64,000 nt of DNA, from NCBI GenBank assembly GCA_965222155.1, contig CBDCTH010000012.1, forward strand, positions 2,464,001 to 2,528,000. The letters run 5' to 3'. The notes beneath the pieces were generated by a model. That model saw only the letters and a list, made by a program, of their open reading frames with translations. It was not told the origin of the DNA and did no database searches. Made by a program: the position numbers and the translations under genes. The stretch's first letter is position 1; each line of letters begins with the position of its first letter. The DNA is from Gammaproteobacteria bacterium. Lineage in GTDB: Bacteria > Pseudomonadota > Gammaproteobacteria > Eutrophobiales > Eutrophobiaceae. Of the stretch, positions 19,300 to 28,275 are shown one piece after another.

Positions 19300-19685
19300 G
19301 CTCGGATATTGCACCAGTTCGCTTGTCATCATCGGTAAGTTCAATGCTGTCAATAAGTTACTTATGATATATCAGTTGTATTGCCATCCCAAACTGCGCT
19401 GAATGCGCCCTCGCTTGTCTTTTTCCCGCCTGCGGGCACGTGTTCATTGCGCCCATCCCTGGGCGCAACCCTGCGGGCGGCTGTCGCCGTGCAAATCGTC
19501 AGTCCTGACGATTTGTCCCTCAACCAGACAAATCTGCCCGGAGCAGATTTGGACATCCGAAAGATGCCCGCAGGGGGTGCCCCATGGATGGGGCGCATCA
19601 ATCCCTGCTATGCTTTCAGTCGCATGCACCCGCAAGCGGGAAAAATACTGCGCGATCTTCGCATTCACTGGTGCAATATCCGGGC
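19300..19685. mobile_element. MITE copy A (386 bp)
   Basis: Inverted ends GCTCGGATATTGCACCAGT / ACTGGTGCAATATCCGGGC; flanks CA and TA. Confidence 0.85.
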
Positions 19686-21079
19686 TAGACTCCGCGCAGG
19701 TACCACTCGTAATCGCGGTTGCTGACCTGCTCGTGAAACCGTTCACATTCACTGCGGCGAACAATCTCGTACACTCGGCAAAATTCCTCCCCCAGGTATT
19801 CGGGCAATTTATGGGTGTCCCGAAATTGGTCCAGGGCGGCATCCCAGCGGCGGGGCAGGGTGATCTCCTGTGCTTTCAGCACGGTCCCTTCCGCGATCAT
19901 CTCTGTCGGCTCGCAGTGACGTATGATGCCATGGTGTATGCCGGCAAGGATGGCGGCCACGACCAGGTATGGATTGGCGTCCGCGCCCGCTACCCGATGC
20001 TCGATGCGCATATCCTTGTTGTCGCATACCGGCACGCGCAGGGCGACGGCACGATGGTTATATCCCCAGTTCGGGCATAGCGGCACGAAGGAGTCAGGTT
20101 GCAGGCGCCGGTAGGAGTTGGCATTCGGGGCAAAAATGGCCATGGCATCGCCCATGGTCTGCTGCAGCCCGCCGACGGCGTGCTTCAGCGTGGCGGACAC
20201 AGCCGGTCTGGTCCCGCTTGCAGGGTCGGCGAATACATTATTTCCCTGTTCATCGAGCAGGCTGACATGCACGTGCAGGCCGTTACCGGCGTATTCGACG
20301 AAAGGTTTTGCCATGAAGGCGGCGCCCATGCCGTGCTTGAAGGCGGTTCCCTTGATGATGCGTTTCAGCATTGCGCCGTGGTCGCAGGCGGCTACCGGGT
20401 CATTCTCGTGGTGCAGATTGATTTCAAACTGCCCCGGGGAAAATTCAGGCAGGGCCGTATTCGCCGGCACGTTTTGCGCTTCACAAAAACGCTGCACATC
20501 CATCAGCAGCGGGTCGCATTCCCACAGATCCTCCAGGGTTGCGTACTGCAACCCTTCCTGTTTCAGGCCCGTGCCGGGAATCCTGCCCAGGCGCGGTTGC
20601 GGCACGTCACCAGCGCCTGATTCCAGCAGGTAGAACTCGAACTCCGTCGCGACGACGGCCCGCAGACCTGCCTCGAGCAGCAAGTCACAGACACGCTGCA
20701 ATACGTGGCGGGGGTCGGCAAACCAGGGTACGCCTTCCAGATCGTGCAGGGAAACAAACACCTGGGCAACGTCTGAGTGTTCAAACCAGGGAACCGGCGC
20801 CAGGGTGTTTGCCACCGGGTAGCTCATTATGTCAGGGTCCCCGTCGCGGGTGCCGATGTTTATGTCAAAGGTTATTTCGCCGCGACTGTCAACCAGCGGC
20901 GTCGAGGCGCAGGCCTTGAGACCCTGTTTATACAGCGTCTCAAGCTCGTCCCTGCCGATGCGCTTGCCCCGTAATATGCCGTTTATATCGGGCAGCAGCA
21001 GTTCAATCATTTTCACTTCCGGGCGTTTCTTCAAAAAACTCCGTAGTTCTTCAATATTGCCTTGTTCCGGTATCTTCAT
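19685..21079 (-). CDS. Glutamine synthetase family protein, gamma-glutamyl-amine ligase (PuuA-like)
   Basis: DINGILRGK, EFEFYL, PGQFEINL, FMAKP…GNGLHVHVSL, IEHRVAGADANPYL. Confidence 0.88.
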   Translation of the reverse strand: MKIPEQGNIEELRSFLKKRPEVKMIELLLPDINGILRGKRIGRDELETLYKQGLKACASTPLVDSRGEITFDINIGTRDGDPDIMSYPVANTLAPVPWFEHSDVAQVFVSLHDLEGVPWFADPRHVLQRVCDLLLEAGLRAVVATEFEFYLLESGAGDVPQPRLGRIPGTGLKQEGLQYATLEDLWECDPLLMDVQRFCEAQNVPANTALPEFSPGQFEINLHHENDPVAACDHGAMLKRIIKGTAFKHGMGAAFMAKPFVEYAGNGLHVHVSLLDEQGNNVFADPASGTRPAVSATLKHAVGGLQQTMGDAMAIFAPNANSYRRLQPDSFVPLCPNWGYNHRAVALRVPVCDNKDMRIEHRVAGADANPYLVVAAILAGIHHGIIRHCEPTEMIAEGTVLKAQEITLPRRWDAALDQFRDTHKLPEYLGEEFCRVYEIVRRSECERFHEQVSNRDYEWYLRGV

Positions 21080-21124
21080 GATCGACTTTTCATTACCGCG
21101 CTGGGCAACTGATATCGAAAAAGG

Positions 21125-21559
21125 TTATTCCGACCCACCAGGCGGAGTGACATGATGGAACCAGTTTTCCAACCGGAGGCCTTCAACCTGGGAGAAATGT
21201 TTTTGATTGTTAGTCACAAGTGTTGCATCGATCACCAAGGCATGGGAAGCAATCATTGCATCAGTGAAACCGATGGGTTTGCCCTTTTCGAGCAGTGCTG
21301 ACTGCGTGATAGCAAATTTATCCGCACACTCAGGTGTCCAATCCGCTACATAGTCAAGCCGTTCGCATACCTTATCGATGCGGTTGTGGTACTTTGCAGA
21401 ACCTACCCGTTCAGCACCAAAGCGTAACTCCTGGTAGGTAATAACGGACATACAAAGGATATGACCCTTGTTTGCTCTATCCTGCAGGGTTTCCAGGACG
21501 GACTGCGATTGCTGTCGTATGATGTAGCTGCACGTGTCCGTGTCGAGCATATAGATCAT
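21125..21559 (-). CDS. vapC: PIN-domain toxin VapC
   Basis: YMLDTDTCSYII…DAMIASHAL…LVTNN.KHF. Confidence 0.9.
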   Translation of the reverse strand: MIYMLDTDTCSYIIRQQSQSVLETLQDRANKGHILCMSVITYQELRFGAERVGSAKYHNRIDKVCERLDYVADWTPECADKFAITQSALLEKGKPIGFTDAMIASHALVIDATLVTNNQKHFSQVEGLRLENWFHHVTPPGGSE

Positions 21560-21801
21560 TCAATTTTTACCCGGCTTTCATCAATCTCGAACATATCCGG
21601 ACGTTCGGCTAGAAAGTCGTCGCCGACCGGTTTGCTTTCATCGTTCAACGTCAGCCAGGACTTACGCATCGGCTCCAGGATCAGCTTTTGTCCCACCTTC
21701 TGCACGGTTAGCTCGGTCACGCCCTCATAAGCAAAGTCCTTCGGGATGCGGACTGCCTGACTTCGGCCATTCTTGAATATCTTTGCGGTATGCATGATCA
21801 C
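21556..21801 (-). CDS. vapB: AbrB/MazE-type VapB antitoxin
   Basis: AKIFKNGRSQAVRIPKDF. Confidence 0.9.
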   Translation of the reverse strand: MIMHTAKIFKNGRSQAVRIPKDFAYEGVTELTVQKVGQKLILEPMRKSWLTLNDESKPVGDDFLAERPDMFEIDESRVKIE

Positions 21802-21908
21802 CTCCTACATTGATATATGACAGCATATACCGCATAGTATCATAGGTCGAGATAGACTGTCAGACGGGGCAAACACTTACTTTGTGAATTCACGACATCG
21901 GCATTATT

Positions 21909-23093
21909 TCAGCAATCCGCCGGGGTCTTGCGCCGCCGCGCCGGATCAAAAAATGCGCCTACCACCAGCTTGCAGCGGGCCATCAGACGCTTCCACTGTA
22001 ATTCGCTATTGTAATAGACCTCGGCATATAATTCATCGCCGGGCCTGCCCCAGGGCATCTCCATTGAGGCCAGGGCGATATTCATCTTGGCACTCGGTGA
22101 CCAGACCGCGGATGTGACGTGCCCGACGACTTTCTGTTTGCGGTTGTAGATGAACGCTTCGTTCGCAGGTTTGTTTCCTTCAACGTCCAGCCGGACCAGG
22201 CGATAGCGCGACCCCCTTTCCTGTTCTTCCAGCAGGGCTTTTCTGCCGTTGAACACCGGCTTGTCAAAATGCACCAGCCGGCCGAGACCCAGTTCAAACG
22301 GGGAACGGCCCCGGTCCGGACGCACCACGTCCACGGCAGGCACGAACTCCACTCCCGCCTGGATAAACCCGGCCTCGATCCTGGCCATATCCAGGGCCTG
22401 GTTGCCGATGGGCAGAATACCATGGGGTTTACCGGCCGCGAACAGGGCATCCCACAATCTTTCCGCGTAGGCCGGTTCGACCCACAACTCATAACCCAGA
22501 TCGCCGGTAAAGCCGGTGCGCGACACCAGAAGTTCCGTATCGTCAAAAGGGAAGCGCTGTAATTCAAACGGTTTCAGGTGCTCAATATCCGCCAGGCCCA
22601 TGGCTTTCAGGGTGCGGCAGGAAGTGGGTCCCTGTACGGCCAGGGCGGCTATCTCGTCCGATTCATCGCTGATGTCAACGTCAAAGCCCGTTGCCGTAGC
22701 CAGCAGCCAGTCCAGGTGGCGTTCCTGCGAGCACAGGCGCCAGTGATGTTCGCCCAGCTGAAAGACCGTCCCGTCATCCAGTACGTGTCCCCTGTCATTG
22801 CACCAGGCCGCGTACATGACGCGCTCCGGGGCCAGCTTATCCATCCTGCGCGTCATCAGCTTGTCCAGGTAAGCCGAACCTTCCTTACCGGTGATTCGGT
22901 ACTTGGTCATGGGACTCAGGTCGAACACCGAGGTGGCGTTGCGAATGGCGAAATATTCATCTTCCAGGGTGGTGTAACAATCAACGACGGTATATGCCTT
23001 CCAGGATGACCAGAGATTGGTCTCGCACACAGCCGAGGTGCGCGCATGGAACGGCGTGGGTAATACGCGCTTCTGTGTTTCCCTAACCCGCAT
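21909..23093 (-). CDS. Aminomethyltransferase (GcvT-like, THF-binding) family protein
   Basis: FDLSPM, G.VLDDG, AVQGP, SRTGFTGDLGYE, RIEAG, GHVTS. Confidence 0.9.
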   Translation of the reverse strand: MRVRETQKRVLPTPFHARTSAVCETNLWSSWKAYTVVDCYTTLEDEYFAIRNATSVFDLSPMTKYRITGKEGSAYLDKLMTRRMDKLAPERVMYAAWCNDRGHVLDDGTVFQLGEHHWRLCSQERHLDWLLATATGFDVDISDESDEIAALAVQGPTSCRTLKAMGLADIEHLKPFELQRFPFDDTELLVSRTGFTGDLGYELWVEPAYAERLWDALFAAGKPHGILPIGNQALDMARIEAGFIQAGVEFVPAVDVVRPDRGRSPFELGLGRLVHFDKPVFNGRKALLEEQERGSRYRLVRLDVEGNKPANEAFIYNRKQKVVGHVTSAVWSPSAKMNIALASMEMPWGRPGDELYAEVYYNSELQWKRLMARCKLVVGAFFDPARRRKTPADC

Positions 23094-23447
23094 TTCTCAG
23101 ATCGCTAGTTGCTATCGGATACATGATTGCTGTCAATGAGTTATGATAATTTGTTGACGATATTATCATTACAGAGTGCGCTTGATGCGTCCTCACTTGT
23201 CTTTTTTGCGCCAACGGGCACGTGTTCATTGCGCCCATCCCCCTGCTCAACTCCATACAGGGGCAGGCTCTGGGCGCAACCCTGCGGGCGGCTGTCGCCG
23301 TGCAAATCGTCAGGACTGACGATTTGCCCCTCAACCAGAGCTACGGCTATGCCTTCGGTCCCCGTATCAAGTACGGGGCAGGCTCCGGCGCCCGTTGGCG
23401 CAAAAAATCCTGTGTGATCTTCGCATCATCTGGTGAGAAATCCGGGT
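23086..23447. mobile_element. MITE copy B (362 bp)
   Basis: Ends ACCCGCATTTCTCA / TGAGAAATCCGGGT with TA on both sides. Confidence 0.85.
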
Positions 23448-23453
23448 TATCCG

Positions 23454-25028
23454 TCACAAGGGTTTCTCCTGCTTCAGTATTTCATTTGCGGCGTTACGGC
23501 CGGGCAGCCCCATCACGCCGCCGCCCGGATGGCAACCGGCGCCACACAGGTATAAGCCGGCTACCGGCGTTGCATAATGAGCGGTGCCGGGGACCGGGCG
23601 CAACATCATGAATTGATCCATGCTGTATTCGCCGTGATGCCAGTGACCGCCATGGATGTTGAATTCTCTTTCCAGGTCGGGCGGGGTCAGCAATTCAGCG
23701 GCAATAACCTGCGTGCTGATGCCGGGTGCATACTCTTCCAGTCGCTTGACAAGCAACTGCTTGAAGTCATTCCTTCCAGAGTCCCACCCTGAGCGAAGCT
23801 CGAAGGGTGCGTACTGAACTATGGCCGACAGTACATGTTTGCCTGCCGGCGCCAGGCCGTTGTCATGAATGGACGGGATATTGATCTCCATCACGGGTTG
23901 TGCCGAAAACCTGCCGTACTTGGAGTCATCAAACGCATGTTCGATATGATTTAACGAAGGAGCGATCAACAGGCGCTGACCCGATTCTGCGGTTGTCAAT
24001 CCGCTGAATTCCGGTAACCCATCCAGGGCCAGGTGCAGTTTTGCCACCTTGCCCTGCATGCGGATGTTGTCGATACGCCTGGCAAAACCGGTCTCAATGT
24101 TCCTCGCGCCGACCAGTTGCAGGAAGGTGGTTTTGGGGTCGGCGTTGGAGACGACCAGCCTGCTGTCGATGCGTTCCCCGGCTGCCGTTTCAACGCCGGT
24201 CACCCGGTCCCGGTCCAGCAATATCCGGCTGACCGGCGTTGCCGTCCTGATTTCCGCTCCTGCCGCTTCTGCGGCGTTGCGCAACGCGCCGGTGACGGAT
24301 CCCATCCCTCCCGCCACTACCGAGACCCCGCTGTCATTGGCGTGTAAGCGGCCGGTCAACCGGTACAGGTAAGTCAATACCGAGCCGGGCGACCGGGGTC
24401 CCAGGTTAGCGCCGAGCAGGGCGTCTATGCCGAGGGCGCCTTTCAGCCGTTCATCGGCAAAGGTTTCCTGCAGCACATCGTAGATATTGATGGCGCCCGT
24501 CCGCATCAATTCCCGCATGAGGTCCCGGCCCAGCAGGCGTATATTCAAGCCCAGCCCAGCCAGGCGCGCCAATTCCCTGATGCTGTTATTGCCCACACGG
24601 GGCGGACGACTTGTGAACGTTTTTTGCAGTATGCCGGCAAAGCGCCGGTATTTGTGCAGGAACAAGGGGTAAGCGGCGCGATCACTTTCGGAGATCCCGG
24701 CACCGTCTACATGATCACCGTCCAGGGTAAGATGATTGCCATCTGCCGAAAGCGCGATCGTGTTTAAATCGGAGGCCGCCAGGTTAAGTCCGTGCCCATC
24801 CAATCCCAGGTCCGAGACGATGTCCGGTGAAAACAGGCAGAGCAAGTGCGCTCCGGCGGAGACTGAAAAACCAGGGGCAAATTCCCGAGTGATCGCAGCG
24901 CCGCCTACCTGTTCATTCGCTTCGAGCACCAGTACCGAGCGACCTGCGCGGGCCAGATATGCAGCGCAAACCAAACCATTGTTGCCGGCCCCGATAATGA
25001 TATTGTCGAAACTGTCTGTCATCATCAA
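23454..25028 (-). CDS. Phytoene dehydrogenase-like (PYROXD2-like) FAD oxidoreductase
   Basis: IIGAGNNGL FAD motif; GGMG; LYLCGAGCHPGGGVMG.PG.NAA. Confidence 0.88.
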   Translation of the reverse strand: MMMTDSFDNIIIGAGNNGLVCAAYLARAGRSVLVLEANEQVGGAAITREFAPGFSVSAGAHLLCLFSPDIVSDLGLDGHGLNLAASDLNTIALSADGNHLTLDGDHVDGAGISESDRAAYPLFLHKYRRFAGILQKTFTSRPPRVGNNSIRELARLAGLGLNIRLLGRDLMRELMRTGAINIYDVLQETFADERLKGALGIDALLGANLGPRSPGSVLTYLYRLTGRLHANDSGVSVVAGGMGSVTGALRNAAEAAGAEIRTATPVSRILLDRDRVTGVETAAGERIDSRLVVSNADPKTTFLQLVGARNIETGFARRIDNIRMQGKVAKLHLALDGLPEFSGLTTAESGQRLLIAPSLNHIEHAFDDSKYGRFSAQPVMEINIPSIHDNGLAPAGKHVLSAIVQYAPFELRSGWDSGRNDFKQLLVKRLEEYAPGISTQVIAAELLTPPDLEREFNIHGGHWHHGEYSMDQFMMLRPVPGTAHYATPVAGLYLCGAGCHPGGGVMGLPGRNAANEILKQEKPL

Positions 25029-25094
25029 CAGGGCAACTGCATACTTTGTGAATTCAGGCCATTGCCTTTCCGGCGGATTGCCTGGTTATGAGGG

Positions 25095-26711
25095 CTAATC
25101 ATCGGTGAATGTTTCCGGTACGATATTTTTACGACCCAGGTCCCGTAATATTTCCCTTGCTGAGTTTGCACCCGGCGCGCCCATCACGCCCCCGCCCGGG
25201 TGTGTGCCGGAACTGCACATATACATACCTTTTACGGGTCCCCGGTACTGGGCATAACCAGGGAAAGGCCGGTTGAACAGCAGTTGGTCCATGGTTAATT
25301 CGCCCTGGAAAATATTGCCCTCGGTGAGACCAACCTCGTGTTCCAGTTCCCGCGGTGTACGGACTTCTGCATGCAGGATCAGGTCCTTGAAATCGGGACT
25401 GTATTCCGCAATCTGGTCAATCACGGTCTGGCCGAACTGGTCCCGTTGCTCATCCGTCCAATCCCGGCCGTTCACTTTCGGCGGGCAGTACTGGACGAAT
25501 ACGCTCATCATCTGCTTGCCGGGTGGCGCCATGGTCGGGTCCACCAGGGTGGGGATCAAGGTGTCCAGGTAAGGGTCTTTTGACCAGGTGCCGTTCTTCC
25601 AGTCATCGTAAGCCTTTTCCATGCGTTCCAGTGAATCAATGAAATGAAAATCAGCTTTCAGCAACTCATGGCCCCTGGGCACGGCGTGAAACGTGGGCAT
25701 GCCGTCCAGTGAGATGTTGAGTTTTCCGGAAGAGCCGCGGATCTTGAAGTTTTGCGCCTTGCTGACCACATCCCGGGGCAGGTCCCGCTCATCCATGATG
25801 TTCAGAAAGGTGCGTTTCGGGTCAAGATTGGAAATAACGATGTCCGCGTAATATTCGTCGCCGTTTTCCAGGACGACACCCTTTGCACGCCTTTCTTTGA
25901 CCAGGATTTTATCAACCCCGGCGTCAACCTTGATCTCTCCGCCGAATCCCTCAAATGCGCCGGCCAGGGCATTGGCAATGGCGCCCATACCACCCCGGGC
26001 AAACCCCCATGAACCGATACTGCCATCCACGTCGCCCATGTAATGATGCAACAGGACATAGGCCGTCCCCGGAGAATATACCCCCAGTGCGGTGCCGATG
26101 ATACCGCTGCCGGCCAGGTGCGCCTTGACAATATCCGATTCAAAATATTCATCAAGAAAATCAGCGATGCTCATGGTCCAGAAGCGGATGGTGTCACACA
26201 GGAGTTCCTCGCCCAGTTCCCAGTAGGATTTTATGAAATGAATCAACTCCATCAGGTCGCGCGGTTTGAACGACGTTGGGTCCGGCGGGGTCCTCATCAG
26301 CAGCGGCCGTATCAGCCGGGTCTGGCGCATCACGTCGGCTTCATAGCGCTGGTATGCGTCGGCGTCACGCCGGGAATGCCTGGCCATCTCCCGATATTGG
26401 CGCTCCTTGTCGCCATAATTACCATAGTAATCCCCATTGCGCATAAAGGTGATGCCGCCTTCATAAGGAATGATTTGCAGGCCGTGGCGGGCCAGTTCCA
26501 GGTCGCGATAAATCTCCGGACGGAACAGGCTGCACACATAGGAACAGTTCGAATAAGTCCAGCCCGGATACAGGGACCGGCTGACGGACGCACCTCCAAT
26601 CCAGGGATTTTTTTCTACAACAAGCACATCCAGGCCCGCCTTGGCAAGAAAGGCGGCATTGGTCAGGCCATTATGGCCGGCGCCAATCACGATAGCGTCG
26701 TATTTCTTCAC
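25095..26711 (-). CDS. Phytoene dehydrogenase-like (PYROXD2-like) FAD oxidoreductase
   Basis: VIGAGHNGL; PGTAYVLLHH; GNIFQGEL; THPGGGVMGAPG. Confidence 0.88.
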   Translation of the reverse strand: MKKYDAIVIGAGHNGLTNAAFLAKAGLDVLVVEKNPWIGGASVSRSLYPGWTYSNCSYVCSLFRPEIYRDLELARHGLQIIPYEGGITFMRNGDYYGNYGDKERQYREMARHSRRDADAYQRYEADVMRQTRLIRPLLMRTPPDPTSFKPRDLMELIHFIKSYWELGEELLCDTIRFWTMSIADFLDEYFESDIVKAHLAGSGIIGTALGVYSPGTAYVLLHHYMGDVDGSIGSWGFARGGMGAIANALAGAFEGFGGEIKVDAGVDKILVKERRAKGVVLENGDEYYADIVISNLDPKRTFLNIMDERDLPRDVVSKAQNFKIRGSSGKLNISLDGMPTFHAVPRGHELLKADFHFIDSLERMEKAYDDWKNGTWSKDPYLDTLIPTLVDPTMAPPGKQMMSVFVQYCPPKVNGRDWTDEQRDQFGQTVIDQIAEYSPDFKDLILHAEVRTPRELEHEVGLTEGNIFQGELTMDQLLFNRPFPGYAQYRGPVKGMYMCSSGTHPGGGVMGAPGANSAREILRDLGRKNIVPETFTDD

Positions 26712-26735
26712 GATTCCTGCTCTCCGCGTTTTATC

Positions 26736-28067
26736 TTATACAAGGTTGCCGTTTCTGCCATGTTGTTGTTCCAGCGTCGTGTCGACCGCCTGTTCGAACC
26801 TTGTAACGGTTTCTGCAACACAGTCTTCATCATGGGCTTCAGAGAGAAACCAGGGCTCCCGTGAATCCGGCTCAACCAGCACACCCACGTCATGCAGGTT
26901 CGGTGCCAGGTTATCGTAAAAGGTATAGTCGGAATGCACCCAAGCGCGGTAGTCGGCAGGCGCATCGGCGTTGAAAAACAATCCTGACATGGCGGGATGG
27001 CCGACAAAAGAACAGGGGATGCCGCGCCGGGACAATACCTCACCGACACCTTCCCGCAGCTTTTCGCCGTGCCTGGCGATGGATGCCAGTGCTTCCGTTT
27101 CATCCAGGATTTCCAGTGTCTTGTCGGCGGCAGCCAATGAGACCGAGTGGCCGCTGTAAGTGCCACCGTGGACCACCCTGTCGCCAATGATGCGCATGAT
27201 GTCCTCCCTGCCGGCCAGGGCGGAAATCGGGTAACCGTTGGCTATCGCTTTTGCATAGGTACACAGGTCGGCATTCACCCCCAGCAATTCCTGTACCCCT
27301 CCCCTGGCTACGCGAAAACCGGTTTTGACCTCGTCAATGATGAGTATCACATTGTAGTGGTTGCATAACTCGCGCACGTCCCTGAGATATTGACCCGTCG
27401 CGGTGATGGAGCAGCAATTCCCCATCATGGGCTCGATCAGGAAGGCGCCTATTTTATCGGCGCGGCATTGAAACAGACTCTCGATCCGGTTGGCGTCATT
27501 CATGGGAACACTGTGTATCAATTGGCGATACAGGCCCGGTACGCCTTCGCCGTAAGGCAGCAATTCCGGATCCTCTCCGTTTTCCTGCCAGTCTTCGACT
27601 TCGGAGTACCAGAGGACTTCGCTGAATACGCCGTGGTACCCCCCCTCCACCATCACGTACTCATCCTTGCCGGTATAGGCGCGGGCCAGCCTCAAGGCAG
27701 CCATCACCGCTTCCGTACCGGTTACGGAAAATCGTACCAGTTCGGCAGAGGGCACCATATTGGAAATCCGCTCAGCCACCCGATACTCAAGCTCCGTCGC
27801 AAGCGCAAACACCCCGCCGACATCCATACCGTTGCGGACGGCTTCGTCAACCCGCGCATCGGCATAACCGAGAATAGCGGGTCCGAAGCCCAGGCGATAA
27901 TCGATATACTCGTTGCCGTCAATATCCCACAGACGAGCGCCTTTCCCTTTCTGGATGTAAATCGTCCCGTCATCGCCCCAATAGCGAAAATTGGACGTCA
28001 CACCCAGGGGCAGGCGTTTCAATGCCTTTTTGAAATGAGCAGCAGAATTTTCACGGCTGCGCAACAT
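26736..28067 (-). CDS. Class III PLP aminotransferase (GSA-aminomutase-like)
   Basis: DIDGNEYID, GTEA, YHG, IEP, DEVKTGFR, AKAIANG, HGGTY; GAGG RBS before ATG 28067. Confidence 0.88.
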   Translation of the reverse strand: MLRSRENSAAHFKKALKRLPLGVTSNFRYWGDDGTIYIQKGKGARLWDIDGNEYIDYRLGFGPAILGYADARVDEAVRNGMDVGGVFALATELEYRVAERISNMVPSAELVRFSVTGTEAVMAALRLARAYTGKDEYVMVEGGYHGVFSEVLWYSEVEDWQENGEDPELLPYGEGVPGLYRQLIHSVPMNDANRIESLFQCRADKIGAFLIEPMMGNCCSITATGQYLRDVRELCNHYNVILIIDEVKTGFRVARGGVQELLGVNADLCTYAKAIANGYPISALAGREDIMRIIGDRVVHGGTYSGHSVSLAAADKTLEILDETEALASIARHGEKLREGVGEVLSRRGIPCSFVGHPAMSGLFFNADAPADYRAWVHSDYTFYDNLAPNLHDVGVLVEPDSREPWFLSEAHDEDCVAETVTRFEQAVDTTLEQQHGRNGNLV

Positions 28068-28130
28068 AACTACCTCATCTTGTAACAAGGCATCACATCA
28101 TGCCACAGCCATCCTGTCCTGTCCATAATA

Positions 28131-28150
28131 TTGAATGAGTATTCATTCAA
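28131..28150. promoter_or_regulatory. Palindromic operator, BetI-box-like
   Basis: TTGAATGA-GTAT-TCATTCAA, about 64 bp upstream of the first gene of the cluster. Confidence 0.6.
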
Positions 28151-28275
28151 CATACCCTCTCCCCACCATTCCTGCGGAAGTAGGAATCCATCCCTGCCAT
28201 CTCCCCCGTAAAGACAGAAACAGCGCCTTCTTCATATTTGTATTGCAATCCAGTAAACTGCCTCCGGATATGATT

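Noticed and set aside
19448-19517. tRNA gene
   Set aside because: Multi-hairpin but no acceptor stem, TTC T-loop or CCA.
19362-19842. Similar short ORFs in MITE copies (also 23083-23417, 43460-43774) as a protein family
   Set aside because: Similarity comes from the DNA repeat; frames break at the nested inserts and substitutions preserve pairing, not codons.
19685-21079. glnA
   Set aside because: N-terminal DINGILRGK pattern and context fit PuuA-like ligases; no ntrBC.
21909-23093. gcvT or dmdA symbol
   Set aside because: No gcvH or gcvP adjacent, and specificity cannot be assigned from motifs alone.
23454-26711. Carotenoid genes crtI/crtO
   Set aside because: No crtB, crtE or crtY nearby; the context is amine transport and catabolism.
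26736-28067. hemL
   Set aside because: Lacks the typical PGGVNSPVR and NSGTEA motifs and lies in a catabolic cluster.
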